Shown: positions 27,075 to 41,865, counted from the first letter of the stretch. The stretch is 64,000 nt of DNA from Octopus bimaculoides (GCF_001194135.2 NC_068998.1:26497860-26561859), one strand, 5' to 3'. The notes: generated from the sequence alone by a model not told the origin. Program-made: numbers and translations.

Positions 27075-28150
27075 ATATCGCTATGAAGTCACAATGCGAA
27101 CCATGATGATTTTGCCAGGGATTGGACAAATGTCTCTGTTGATTACATAAATTCTTTTACTGTTATGTTTCTGCAACTCAAATTGATTAGATGCATAATG
27201 ACACATTTTGGTAACTCAGATCGATCTAGACAATGACTTTCACAAGGTTTTAAATCAAGCTTTAGGGATTTTAATGATTGTTCCAACTTTAGCAATATAT
27301 CTTAGCAGGGGGTCTTCCTTTGCCGCAAAATAATTTTACATGGTGGCCATATAAAAGGATTTTCGGAATGCGACCATCTTGCATTCGAAAAACATGGTCT
27401 GCCCATCCGCACTGAATTTTCAACAGTATGCTTTTGATATTGGAAATATCACATTCTATTAAAATTTTGGCACTTGATATGTTATCGTGCCATTTTATGT
27501 TGTAGATATTGCTCTGACAGTGCTTGTAAAATGCTTCAAGTTTCTTTATACATCTATAGTAGAGAGTCCATACTTCTGCCCCAAGATACAAGATTCGTAT
27601 ACACTTATTTTAGTTTTCAAACTGACTCCAGGTTCGTCCCACAAACGATGGGAAAGTTTTCCAAAAGTAATTGTTACTCTAATTTTGATTTCATCATTAA
27701 AGGTTTACTGTACTTCCAAGATATTTAAATGACCTGACCCATTTGAGTAGTTTATTGTCAATCCTAATCTTGAGTATGTTCTATCTCAGACTTTGGTTGG
27801 AATAAAACTTCCGTCTTCTTAATGCCAGCTCAAATGCAAGAGCTGCCGCAGCTAACCAGTCAACTATTTCCTGAATTCCTTCAAGCGTATGAGAAATCAA
27901 AGCGCAATCATCAGCGTAGAATCTCTGCCCTGGTCTTTTTTCTTTTCTTTTTTTTCTTTTGTTCTGAAGCTTTGTCCATTTAGGTTTAATACTCTCCGTT
28001 AGTAAGAAACTGAAATAATCCTTTCATTTGTGGCCAAAAGAGCCGCAATATCATTTAGGACAATACAATGACAAAGGCCAATGCGGATCTACATAGAAAC
28101 GTGTAAACAATTAAAACTAACAATTTGCAAAAATATTCTTAAGAAGCAAA
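27075..28150 (-). mobile_element. Degenerate RTE (BovB-like) LINE, 3' part of the reverse transcriptase ORF
   Basis: Minus-strand translation shows YADD at 27907-27918 (FYADDCALISHT), FGKLSHRLW...KTKISVY, AEVWTLY...KLEAF...IKWHD...WADHVFRM.DGRIPKILLYG...GKGRP and a degenerate terminal C2H2-like motif; many stops and frameshifts. Confidence 0.9.
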
Positions 28151-28394
28151 ATCTCAGGTAGTTGGTGGGGAACGCCACACAGGGAAACTAAGGAACCCCT
28201 CACAGATCAGAAGCCAGCCTGCTTATCGGGAGTACCATGGCAAATGCTCCCCTCGCTCTCTCTCTCTCTCTTTCGTAATCTTCAAACTACAGACGTCATC
28301 CCACCTATTCAGGCAATCCTCGTCAACAAACTTATTGGGGGGTCAGCGTATCCCTCCATTTCAAATGCTATTTTAAAAAGTCAATGAGGCGTGA

Positions 28395-28694
28395 CAGGCA
28401 AAGTCGACTTTGGCGGAATTTGAATTTAGAACGTAGACATGGTCGAAATGTCGTAAGCAATATTTCCGGTGCGGTAACGATTCTTTTCTACTCTAAGCAC
28501 AAGGCCTGAAATTTTGGGGGAGGAGCAGTCGATTAGATCGACCCCAGTACTCATCTGGTACTTAATTTATCGACCCCGAAAGGATGAAAGGCAAAGTCGA
28601 CTTCGGCGGAATTTAAACTCAGAACATAAAGACAGACGAAATACCACTTAGCATTTCGCCAGGCATGCTAACGTTTCTGCAAGCTCGCCGCCTT
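28395..28694 (-). mobile_element. Two abutting family-A SINEs (partial older copy 28395-28482, young copy 28480-28694)
   Basis: Two ggcaaagtcgactt cores; the second copy is near consensus. Confidence 0.85.
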
Positions 28695-29143
28695 AAATAT
28701 ATCGGTCAATATTGATATCAAGTTTATCTTTACAAATACCACAATAATACAAACTATTGTGTGGTATTAGAATCCACCTTTGTGTGTGGTTAGGGAAGAG
28801 AGCGGTGATAAATGAGAAAATGAAAATTAACGGTAATTAGAGTCTTCCTGGAAATAATATTTCAGACGAGTAAGTTATTTACATGTTTGTTATAACAGAA
28901 CATAATGGCTGTTTTGTGTTATTTATTTATGCTTTTGGAACCAAACAACCCGTCAGAAGCTGCATAAAGAGTACGATGTAAAATTATCTTCACACCTCAT
29001 ATTGTCAGAATATACTGGAATACAATTAAGCCGGTGAGGTGTACTACTACGTGGTCCCTCGACTTGCTAGAAATAGGTGACAATTATTCCTCAGAACATA
29101 TCTTAAAAGAGGATACATTGGATGATGTACTTCTTTCCATTTC

Positions 29144-29254
29144 CCTATCATTCGCTATCGCTAATATATCAAGAATATGACATAAATAAAAGGTAGTACC
29201 TATCATTCGCTATCGCTGATATATCAAGAATATGACATAAATAAAAGGTAGTAC
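29144..29254. repeat. 55-bp tandem duplication
   Basis: cctatcattcgctatcgct(a/g)atatatcaagaatatgacataaataaaaggtagta twice, one mismatch. Confidence 0.95.
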
Positions 29255-29974
29255 GTGCCTAGGTAGATGGCATAAGAACTGACCACATCTGGTGGATTGG
29301 TCAACCCTATCATTCTCTATTTATCCACAACACTCACTCCACAAACTCTCCTCCTATCCTTCCCAGAATATTACTATATCTTTTCTCCGCTCGAGCTCTG
29401 AAACCGAATTTAATTGCCACAACATATGACAGTACTGCACACATACCAGTTACGCCTGTAAACACGCCAAGGCTTAAGACCTTATAATGAGTATATATTT
29501 ACTGTGATTTTTCTTCTAAATTTCGGACTTCATAAGGACACTACTATACAGCTCACTCCCTCTCACACGAGAGGATTTGACCTCACTCTGTCTGTCTATC
29601 TGACTGTCTAATTGTCTGTCTTTTTATGTATATTCATCTTTATATTTCTATTCTTCGATCTGTCTCTTCTTATATATAAACGTTTACATCTGTATGTATA
29701 TGAATATATGTGTCGTTTGTTTTGCGTGTATGTGTGCACATAGATAGACACATACATACAGACACAGACAAATCTACGCATATATGTATTATCTTAGTTT
29801 GTGTACTCCAAGTAACGCCATCCTAGACGCGCGCGCGTTTGCTTGTGTGTTGTAAGCAGTAGAATTGCATGGAGTCGTTATAATTTGGACAAATTACTTT
29901 TGAAATTCACTGGCAATCTTCAGTTGGTCAGGGAGCGTTGATTCACTCATGTATGTATGTATGTATGTATGCAT

Positions 29975-30009
<35 letters not shown>

Positions 30010-30019
30010 NNNNNNNNNN

Positions 30020-30072
<53 letters not shown>

Positions 30073-31554
30073 CTGTATTTAAAAAGCTTGTATCGTCCTA
30101 GAAAGTCGTCCTAGACTTCCGGTTGGTATCAACTAATATCTACGAGGAATTGATTTACTCAGCAGCATTGCATCCAAACAACTCAGGACAAAAAATAAGC
30201 AAATATAGGACCTAAAATGATATTTTATACTTATATTTTGTAGTGGAAGAACATATTTTTTAAATATGCTAATTTATATAATTACTGTAGATTACATTTT
30301 TTTTTCTTTTTATCAGTAACTTTCCCAGTGACTTTTGCAGTGCTTTAGCGATACAATATTTTTCTGTTCGTTTTTCTGTCAGGAACCAAACCGTGTGAAG
30401 TTTTCCTATTTCCTTCCCTATAAAGTTTTACGATATGTAAAACTGATGACGATAAAAATATTCTTTAGAAATGATTGGAAAGTATTAGCCTATCTTTTGT
30501 AGGAAAAGGTACAACCTAATACAAAATATAGGTTAGCTAAGGGCAAAATTGTGGCCTACAGTTTGGAACATACTGACATAGAAACACACACTGAACTTTA
30601 TAAATGAAGAATGCACAAAAGAAGTATGTAGTTATGGATATTCACTTCTGGTAAACTACAAATTGTCGATTAAATAATGTAAAATAATGTAGTATAAATT
30701 GAATATTTTTACGATGCCTAAAGCCTCAACAGTTTCTATTAGCCTGCATAGCGTTAAGATAATAAAGAGCGGATGCAACTCATGACAAAACGGTAAATGT
30801 ATCGCAGTTAATTTAGATAGATGAAGTAAATTATATCCTACGGAGTTCGCTTAAAGAGGTTTGCAATATGTGAAATTACCTGAGGACATAGTGAACAAAA
30901 TACTTTATTATAAACCAAAATCCACACTTTTTCTTATGTGATCTACAACTTTCTAAGCAGTCAAATTTCCTTTATATTACACCCTTAAATATGACTCTTG
31001 TAACGTGACCAACTTCGACGGTCCCACATCACAGAAAAGCAATGAGGTATAAATACGATTCGATGAGTCCTCGCCATTCTACTCCACTCGATGGACTGTA
31101 TAGACAAGTCTTTAACATCGCAGGGCTAAAACCACTGCCCATTCAATTTTTTGCATCCCTGAAGGATCTTCTACATTGTCACTCGACCTGCTATAACATA
31201 ACAGCTAAATCTCCTTCAAATCACACTCTTATTTTAAAAAAAAATACGTTGAATAATGTAGGCCTGGATTCTCTGCACACAGGAAAAAAAAAATGAAACG
31301 GTCGCAGTTGGAATCCCTTTACTGGTAGGTTCTTCTGTCCTTCACAATTATATCTTAGTGTACCTGAATATTGTGATTAAAACGTTCAGTTTTAATCACA
31401 ATATTTAAATAATCTTGTGGGGACAGGTTTCTTTGATCCTCTTTCTGTATGCCAAATATTTGAAACATATACAAAAAATAGAAATATATTAAAATGAATC
31501 AGCCTTTTCAGATCATACATATGAAGCATATTGCAATGTCTATGTAACGAAGGA

Positions 31555-31740
31555 GCTTCTAAACGGTCACTCGACCTGCTAGAAATATCAACAATTTTTG
31601 TTACTCACTCCTTACTGTCTTGAAAATGAACAATACAGTGGATAATGTATTCCGGAATACAAAATAAAAAAAATGACATGGTCACGAATGCAATGTCTTT
31701 GGTCAGAGATCTACTCAGACAGAACCGACTTCAGACTTAA
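31555..31740 (-). repeat. Interspersed repeat, family C
   Basis: ggtcactcgacctgctagaaat...ggataatgta...tctttggtcagagatctactcaga is the reverse complement of the family-C motifs. Confidence 0.55.
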
Positions 31741-32340
31741 GAATAAAAATAACTAGACTATAACTCAACTGCTTCCGTGTCTTTCATAATAATGATATCG
31801 CATATTGTAATAAATTTGGATAAATAATCAATAACACATGCAACAATAAATTTTCACAAAAAATCCAAATAGGCAATTTTTATGTTGCAGCACAAACAGT
31901 AGTCATTCGGAATTTTCAACAGTATTTATTTATTATTTGTTGGTTAAGTTGGGAAGAATATCAGCATAAGGTGTTTCTACTTCTGCTATATTTTCAGGTT
32001 CTGTATATTTGTATTGCTTCCAGTAATAAAATTATTGTCAGGAATGTCTCCATCATCAATATTTTCTCCTCGGTCTATATCGGGTTCCAATAGTGCTCCT
32101 GAAAGCACTACAATTGCAGAATTAATGGCTTTTTGTCATTTGTTTTTGTTTTTTGTTTTCCTTATTTCCTTTTGTTTTGTTTTTTTATTTTCCTTTGCCT
32201 TCTCTGTGATCATGATGCAAGAACATTTTCATTACTTGTGTACGTACTAAAAGCGAATGCGGATGATAATCCGTGATGTTTGAGTATGTTGCAAGCTAAG
32301 TGATTATGTTAAAGTAAAGCTGCAGATTATATACGTATAC

Positions 32341-32384
<44 letters not shown>

Positions 32385-32394
32385 NNNNNNNNNN

Positions 32395-32450
<56 letters not shown>

Positions 32451-33059
32451 TCGATAATTTAAAACCATGAACAGTTTGAGGTTGTATAACACGATTTGGA
32501 CGAATGCCAACGTTTTAAATCACAGATTATTTTATTCATAATGTATTGGAGTCAAGCCTAGCTTAGTTCACTTGTTATTTACAGCAAGTACTGATCACAT
32601 TGATCTTTAGATTTTCTTCTTATATGGCTAAAATGTACACGTTTATGTATCTGTGGTATACATACGTACATATATGCATGCTTATATGTGTGTGTCCCCC
32701 ATACATACGTGTGTAAATATATTCAATCAATGTTCACGTGAGTTTCTCCAGCGTAGTAGAATTCTATATAATATGTTTTAATACATGAAAAACAAACGAA
32801 AGTCCACAGTTGTTTGCACACATAAAACTAGTTACCGGCAATTTTTCGCTTTTTTTTCTTTCGTTTCCTGTTTTTCCCCCTTTTCATTTAATATGAAACA
32901 GAAGAGAAATGCCGAGAAAGCAAATGACAGATAAAATAAGAGTTTTATTTATCTTTCTTTGTTCCACTCAACAGCTTACCGACGTCTCTGAGAGTCTTGG
33001 CGGGTGAGACTCAACGACGACTTGAATTTATCATTTGTTGTTATGTAGGACAGATAAAC

Positions 33060-33120
<61 letters not shown>

Positions 33121-33939
33121 GTGGTGTTGGTGGTGGTGGTGGTGGTGGTGGTGGTGCAAAATAGGACGAAAAGTGAATAATGAAAAAAGATTGAGGGAAG
33201 AAAAGAGATTAGAAAGAAAGCAGAGAGTTATGGAGAAGATGAAGGATTGATAGGAAGAGAGAGAGAGAGGGGGGAAAGAAAGAGAGAGAGAGAGGAATAC
33301 TGGCAGACAGACAGCGACAGAGAGAGAGAGATAGAATGGAGTATGATAAATAGAATGAGAATTATGTTGACGTGGGTGATGGTCACATGATTTAGGAGAC
33401 AGAAAAAGGAAAATGAAAGAGTAAGAAAGGAGGAAGCGAGAGAGAAAGAAGAGTGACAGAGAGAGAGAGAGAGAGACAGATCGACAGAAGGAGAGTTGCA
33501 TGGTAAGGGAGAAGGAGAGGAAAATTACAAGTATAGTTACTGAAATGAAAGAGTTTAAGATTTAATTATTTTCCTTTCTGAATAATTAGGTAAAGAGTAA
33601 TGTTTGGACGGCACTGAATAAAGCCAGTGTTTAGAAGCGTTGAGCTGGAATACAAATTGACAATTTCCTTCCTCTACATAGTCACCTATCTAGTTCAACT
33701 GTATAATCATTATTGCGTAAATTTGAGCACTGGTTCCATCACCAGTTTGGAAATCTTGAGAGGCGTCGAAAACAGAAGTTGAGTATATAACTTTAGAAAA
33801 TACTATATAAGTGTGTCTCCCCATGTGTTTCAGTGAAGTCAAGTGTGTGTGTGTATGTATGTATGTATCTATGGAGGAGGGGGTATGTATGTGTGTATAT
33901 ATATTTCTCTCTCCCACCCATTCTCCAATCCTTCTCTTC

Positions 33940-34084
<145 letters not shown>

Positions 34085-34477
34085 CATATAAAGAATACAA
34101 ATAATATGTGAGTACATGCATATATACGAACATGTATGTACATACCTACATCTACATGTGTATATAGATCCATATCTGGGTACAGGACGTCACAAAAAAA
34201 ACGTGGACAAAATGAAAAACAGAACATAAACAGAGCACAGAAAACAAACAGGCCAAATAGAGAATATTTCCTTCATCAGCTGCCCCTATTCTAAACTAAG
34301 CGTTTATCCAGCGATGGCGGGTGATTATCTCCTGCTAGCGATATAAGCAAGAGTGTTTATATGCACCACGAGTTTATATGAGAGGTCTCTCATGGTAACT
34401 ATCGCAGTACTCTATGTTCTAAGACAACGTTCACTTTTAAGTGGGGATAAATATTACCATATATATATATATATATT

Positions 34478-34678
34478 ATTTGTTTCAGTAATTTGACTAT
34501 GGCCATGCTGGAACAGCGCCTTTTAGTCGAAAAAATCGACCCCAGGATTTATTCATTTGTAAGCCTAGTACTTATTATATCGGTTACTTTTGCCGAACCA
34601 CTAAGTTACGGGGACGTAAACACACCAACATCGGTTGTCCAGCGTTGGTAGAGGGAAAACAGACACACACACACACAG

Positions 34679-34680
<2 letters not shown>
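34478..34680 (-). mobile_element. Family-B SINE, 3' half (runs into microsatellite and gap)
   Basis: ttgactatggccatgctgg...gtaagcctagtacttatt...gccgaaccactaagttacggggacgtaaacacacc. Confidence 0.85.
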
Positions 34681-34714
<34 letters not shown>

Positions 34715-34717
34715 GTG

Positions 34718-34769
<52 letters not shown>

Positions 34770-34984
34770 NNNNNNNNNNNNNNNNNNNNNNNNNNNNNNN
34801 NNNNNNNNNNNNNNNNNNNNNNNNNNNNNNNNNNNNNNNNNNNNNNNNNNNNNNNNNNNNNNNNNNNNNNNNNNNNNNNNNNNNNNNNNNNNNNNNNNNN
34901 NNNNNNNNNNNNNNNNNNNNNNNNNNNNNNNNNNNNNNNNNNNNNNNNNNNNNNNNNNNNNNNNNNNNNNNNNNNNNNNNNNNN

Positions 34985-35015
<31 letters not shown>

Positions 35016-35377
35016 AGATAGAAGAGAGATAGTAACAGGCTACTATCTGTGCAAGGAATCTGGTAGCTGAAATCGAAGTGGAACTTGGAATCCGAAAAGA
35101 ACAATATAAACGCAGAAACCAAAATCCACGCGTACACACACACCTACACAAATATGCGCGCGCACACGTGTCAGCACTGTTTTTGTCCATTTGGTTGAAA
35201 GAAGTGTGAAACGAAGACAAGTAAACGTTTACAATATCAGGGAATCTTTACATTTTTTCAGTTTTGTTTAATAAGAATTTCATTGAAAGCAAAAGGTGTT
35301 TTGACTCTCTCTTCCACATGTACACGCGCACATGCACACACACTAACATATAAAGTGCTCAATCTTTAGCAATGAAC

Positions 35378-35426
<49 letters not shown>

Positions 35427-36689
35427 TCTGTAAGTATGTAAACAAAGCAAATACAAATAGGAAAGCAAAACGAAAAAAAAAATCAATAACAGTATCAAGG
35501 ACATTCACAGTTAATATTATTAGGCTGTCGCTCAAGGAGAGTAAACATAACGTTTCGGACGTAGTCCTTTGACGGACACGAGAAACGTCGACGCAAAATT
35601 GGGCAAAGAAGAACGAAGGTAAAAAAGAAGAGCGCCAGGAAATAACGGATGTGGGTTAGGGTCACATGTTCCAGCTTGATGTATACTTTTATATTTTTAT
35701 CTAAAGAAATTTATAGGTATGAGACACCTTGCAGCTTGTAAATCTAATCGAATCTATTTATTATCTTTATCCTGAGTTAAAATAAATTGCATAGACTCGG
35801 TTTGTTGAAGCTGTTTCGTCTTGGCTTCCTTTCTTGGAAATGTCTTTTCTTAAAATAACTTACTGTAAATTATATTAGCATCATTAAGTTTACATTATCG
35901 TTGAGTTGCTCTACTATGTCGGTCTATGGTTGTTATTTAATCCCGAGTGATATCTGAAACCGTTCCTGTGATTTTTTTTTTTATTTCCTATAGGCATTGT
36001 TTATCTATAACTACATCATCCAATGTGTTCTTCAATTTTTGAGACAGTAGGGTACAATTAAAGGCAAATCCAGTAACCATTTTCAGCAACTAGAAACATC
36101 GACCACATAGAGACTCTCTCGCTGACTCATGAGACACATATGTGTATTTAGTTAGTTATATCATTCAAATTATCGCTTCTTCGACAATTTCATCCTTAAG
36201 TCATACCCAGCATCTTCTTTCTCAAGTCAAGTCCAGCATCTTCTACATTTCCGTCTCTTGTGCCATCTTTCACTGACTTACAACACATATTCACTCAATA
36301 TGTTATTGCTTGTAGTTCAGATTCTCCTATAGATTTTCTTTCCATCATTACTGGTTTCAGCACATGGCCAACATGAAATAATATATTTCGAAAGACAACA
36401 GAATACAGTTCACCAATCATATTACATTAATTAAGAAATTTCAATTGCAGTGAATGCTTATAGTTACTGTGTATAATACTGAAAAGGTAGAGACAAAGAG
36501 AATGAGAGATGCAGTCATTGTTATCATCAGCTGGAGGAGAAACCTATGTACGAAAGACTTCAATATGCACTTATAGACAATCAACAACCATGATGTTATT
36601 ATACTATCAATTGCCAAAAGATTTCATTGGCTGGCAATGTGCAATAATCGAAGATTTAATTACAAAGGGCCTCACTGTATATTGTTTAC

Positions 36690-36865
36690 AAATTTTGGCA
36701 CAGAACCAGCAATTTCGGGGGAGGGAGTAAGTCGATTGCAAAACCCCAGTACTCAACTGTTAATTATTTTATAGATCTCGGAAGGATGAAAGACAAAGTC
36801 GATCCCGGCGGTATTGAACTTAGAATTTAAATACGGAGTAATGATTCCATCAGCTCGCTGCCTTA
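36690..36865 (-). mobile_element. Degenerate family-A SINE
   Basis: ggcacagaaccagcaattt...ggatgaaagacaaagtcgatcccggcgg...cagctcgctgcctt. Confidence 0.75.
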
Positions 36866-37163
36866 GTGCTTCCATGTATATTACGAACATTCCTGTAGCA
36901 TAAGCTAAGTTAAAACCTTGTCAGAAAGCAACGGCAACAGTTGTAAATCTTTCGGAGTTATCTCTCTTTTTAGTTTAGTCACAAACTAATGTAAGCTTAC
37001 CGTATGTAATTAAGATTATTGTGGTTATTATTTCAAATACTAAAAGTATTAAACAACATCATTTCTTCCTTCTGTATTACAATGGTTTTGCTTCTAAAGG
37101 TCATAAAATTATTTCATTCTTTACCTGACAAACTCAGAACTGTTACGGCGGTAGCTGTTGAAT

Positions 37164-37223
37164 ATGTTAAGTATTACCAGGACAAGTTTCATTATTTTTG
37201 CAATACTTTGTTTCAGTAGAAGT
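37164..37223 (+). CDS. Candidate first coding exon with a signal-peptide-like sequence (MLSITRTSFIIFAILCFSRS, phase 0)
   Basis: ATG after an in-frame stop, hydrophobic core, strong donor AGT|GTAAGT. No confirmed downstream exon. Confidence 0.3.
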
Positions 37224-37381
37224 GTAAGTTTTATTGATTAAAACATACAAATATCTATATTTGTAAACGTGTCCAACCCATACTAAATCAGTCATCAAAT
37301 GATATTCATATATTCTTATTGTTTAACTGTACAGGAAATGTGTAAAATGTTTGAACCATTTGTCATTTATCTCTCTCCTTC

Positions 37382-37452
<71 letters not shown>

Positions 37453-39394
37453 CACACGCACACACACACATACGCATACATACACACACATACTCCCAAA
37501 GGCTCGATAGATCTATTTTACTGAAATATTTACATAACGATTCACGGGATTTGCATATTTTCCAAATCACTGGAAGTTAACAAAAGTTCTTTCTCCCGAT
37601 TTGACTGCTCTGATTTATCTTTTAAATCATCAAACATCTAAAGAATCTTAATCTTCTTTTTGTTGTTTCTTTTCTCTCCAAGAATCTATTTTCTATCAAT
37701 ATCTCATTTTCTTGTTCTTTTAAACTAATTTATTCCTGCATTTTAAGAACCTGTTTCTACTTTTTGGTGTTATCACATCGATATTTCTGTTAATAAATTG
37801 CAATATATTTGATTATCAACTGTTGGAATGTTGATGTACATTAGTTGATTGATTTTACAATGTGTGTGAAAGACTACGTCTTTGAACGCTACAAATTAGT
37901 TACAAGTTGGTTAATAATAGTGCGCTGGTGCAAATTCATCTCATTGTTTCTATTTTTCTCTCTTGTATTATTTATCTTAATAAACACTTGCAAGTGTTCT
38001 TCATAAGATAAAACAAGAATAAAATTTCAATTTTTAATGAATATTATTATTTTATATTGCAAAATAGAATAGATCGACATTTGTATATTCGGTTTAATCT
38101 CTCTCTCTGTTTCTAAAGAAATTCTGTCATTATACCAAATTTGAATATTTCTTTTTGCTGATATCTCTCCATATCTGGGTAGTGAGCTAACAGAAACAGA
38201 ATGCTGCTGAATTGTACATTATTTATATTATTTAACCTCAATCTTCTTCGTTCTAAGTTCAAATTATATCACAGTCGAATTTGATCGATAATATAGGTTA
38301 TCCACAATATACAGTGTTGAACTCACTCAGCTATATCACTAAAATAACATGGCCCCGATTATAGTGAAATAAATCAATATTTCTTTGCATAAACTGTGAG
38401 AGATAACCAAAGCTGTGAAACACTAAAACACTGAACTAGATACGGTAACTAGACTGATTTCTCACTATTGTCAGCTCAAAGCCACCTACGATTACCTTTC
38501 ACCTGTCCAGACCGAATAAATTACATATCAGCAGAACCAGTAATATACTGAATTAAGTGTAATCAACAAAACCTCAAACTTTACAAAACTAGTCAATCAG
38601 TATGTCAATCAACAACATATTCTCTGGTATACAAATGGTTAATACTAGTTCTAGTTTGTCATTTTATTTTGTTCCATTGACCTGGAAGTTAGGAAATGAT
38701 ATCACTTCATGCCAGAACTAAATTTATCGTCATCGTTAATTTTGTCTTTCCTGAACTGTAACGCTACCGACTGACAAAGTTAATCTCTTTAAAGAATAAA
38801 CAAGAGCTGTATACGTTCATAGAACGTAAATGTTATATTTATACCATTCATCTTATAGCTACCCTTCTATGGCTACACAACAGATAACATGATATCTAGT
38901 GTATTAAAATAATCTAATTAAAAATAGAATTGTGTGTAACATGGCTGAAAACAAAATGTATTGAATTATAAGGTCTCCTATCATAACCTTAAGTCAACCG
39001 AGGGTTTATGAATCAAATTGGATTAGCGAAAACTGCCTGGGGCCTTGTCAATTCTGTTTTGAAATTGAAGTCTTCGTCATCACTTCCTTCAATTCTACTG
39101 TCGATGGATAAGTTTAGCGAAGTCCATTTTCTGTTGCGAACATTTGCATCATATCTCAATATGATGATAACTTCTCTTCCTTCAACCAGAATCGAAAGTA
39201 TCAAGATTTTCGCCTCTTCTTTTCGAAGTCATTAATTAAATAAATAAATATACCCCTGTTTATAGTTTTAAGTCTTTATTCTCATACAAATGATTTTTAA
39301 CTAAATTCATGCTGTGGAAATGAAAAACAAATATGGTTTTCAAGTATCGTTCAGAGAAATTTTTTCTGTTATTGTTTAAAAAATAGAATTTTCT

Positions 39395-39428
<34 letters not shown>

Positions 39429-41026
39429 NNNNNNNNNNNNNNNNNNNNNNNNNNNNNNNNNNNNNNNNNNNNNNNNNNNNNNNNNNNNNNNNNNNNNNNN
39501 NNNNNNNNNNNNNNNNNNNNNNNNTCTCTCTCTTTCTCTCTCTCTCTCTCCCTTTTAAAGTGTCAGTAAACCAGCCTTATCTGTTGGGTGTCCGTCTGAG
39601 TGGAATCTTCAAGATCTCAACTCACAACTTTTCCATGTCTGACAGTTACAATAAGTGGTACAATATAACCGGATCTCTGTTATCTTAGTGTGATATATGT
39701 TGTTTATTTTTTTATTGTCTTCTGTTCTTTTGACGACAATTTATGTCAGGGAACTAGAAAGACAATATGAACACTGTGTATTTCCAACCCACAATGTCTG
39801 CGAAGAATTAATCGGGCTGACATAGAAATGATTGGAGGATAAAAATGTATTGAAATGGTTCATGATCACGACGTGAGAATATCACGGAATTGCTTATGAA
39901 AACTATAAAAAATGTTTTCTGCTGTTACCATTAAGTTGGATTCCAACTAGAAGAAAATAAAAGTGATTTTATGCAATTTTTAAGAGTTTACTTGAAAAGG
40001 GTTACCATATCATAGTAAAAGCTGAAAAGGTTTGCACTTATAAGGATGGAATTAAATTATTTGGCCTCGATAATCAAGCCAGGATGAAAGGAAATACCCA
40101 AATATATGTTATGCAACAAATGAATCTCAAAGTTTCTTATTATTTCTGAAGACACATTGTAAGATTCTGAAGGAACGTCAGAATTTTTTCCATTCCACGC
40201 AGTAACTAGACGTAATGACATCTATAAACTCTCTTAGAGCTATTAGAGTCGTTCAGTTATCGGGTGCAAAGTGCCCCGAAGTACACCATTTCTTTTGCTT
40301 ATCTTTTCTTATTACATTTGTAAAAGTAGCTGTTTGCAGTGCAAATACACCAGAAACAACTTCCAAAATTACATCAGTTTTGAAACCTGTTTCCAGATGA
40401 ATGCAAGGATTCATAAAAGGATAAATATTTATCTGTAGTTTCTAATAGTAACAGCTTTTGTGCAATGAGGCTCGATACATCTGCTAGCAAAAGAACATCG
40501 GAACTAAATGCAAATGTTCTAGTGATTGGATAAATAAATCAAATGGTTCATTTGTTCTTGAGTAAAATATCTAAGCGATATAAAAAGAAAGAAGTGTTCA
40601 TCAATAAATATCTCTTCATGTAAAAAGAATATGGTTTTGGAATTAACTAAAACTTGAAATATTTGTTTCTCCTTTATTTTCAGCTACACTGGTTATATTG
40701 AATCTATTATGTGTGTTTTTATTTAGAGAAATGGTAATAAATACTTTTATTGAAAGAAAATTGTAGTTGCATTGTTGAGAAGAGAAACTAAAGATTACTC
40801 GTTGTTGAATATGATTGTAACAATGCTATTCTTTGAAGTAAACTACAATATGTTAGAACTGTCTTGTTGAAATATGTGTCAGCATAGTAGTTGTTTGGTT
40901 TCTCCCACTGTCGTGTGTTATCTATTCAACTAACATCTATAATTTGTCATATATTTCGTTATGGAAAGTAAGTTAGTGGTAGTTTGTATGGGTGTGTGTA
41001 TATATGTGTGTGTGTGTACTTGTACA

Positions 41027-41665
41027 TATGAGAGTTATATTAAAAGTAGCCATAACATTTTTATTAACCAACAGATGTCGTTCAAATTGAAAGTGTTGGT
41101 AGAGTACCTCGTTTATTATACCACTCAGCATAATCTTTATAACAAACAATGCATTTGCAACATCGTTGAACTCAAATCTCGAGACTTTCTTGAAAATATT
41201 CAGGTTTGCACCGAATTTTTGGGTTCTAACCTCTTCTTCACAAACAGTTTCACCTCGTCTGTACCATCAAATCATAATCCTCAGACAAACAGGAGAAAGC
41301 CAAATCTGGACTGTACGATTGATTGAGGACCATTGGACAGCCCAATTTGTCGATTGCCTGATTTGCTGCTAAAGATGTACGGTCGCAATTTTGTCATGAT
41401 GAATGTGGATTGCTTGCAAATTCTTATTCAGTCCCTTCCACTTATTAGTTTTTCTAACATGTTTTAGTGTTTCAATGTACTCGCTCGCCGTCCATGGTAA
41501 AGCCATGATCCAGAAAACCAAGAAGACTTTGCCAACTCTCAAATCAGGCTCTTGAACTTCTCAAGCCTTGGAGAAGAAGTGTGATGTCATTCATTGGATT
41601 GACCCTTAGTTTTGGGGGTCATAAAGATACGACCGCGTTTCATTACCTGTAGCCAGTTCAGCAAA
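41027..41665 (-). mobile_element. Degenerate mariner (Tc1/mariner) transposon, catalytic half plus one TIR
   Basis: Minus-strand remnants TGNET..YDP (TGDETW motif), KV..VFW, YIETLK, HHD..RP, QAIDKLG, YSPDLA, EVK...CKCI; TIR-like TATGAGAGTTATATTAAAAGT from 41027. Confidence 0.8.
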
Positions 41666-41757
41666 AAAAAAGATATCTTCATTGGTTTTAAGCACTCTCA
41701 GTGAATCAGATCAGTTTATCCCTTTTGCTTGTGCCATAGCCTTCCCTCATACATATA

Positions 41758-41818
<61 letters not shown>

Positions 41819-41821
41819 ATG

Positions 41822-41865
<44 letters not shown>

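Noticed and set aside
33682-33780. Exon candidate with a cadherin-like VNLSTGSITS motif
   Set aside because: Lacks LDRE and DxND motifs and has a weak donor; insufficient support.
40961-41326. 121-aa plus-strand ORF
   Set aside because: Antisense to the degenerate mariner remnant.
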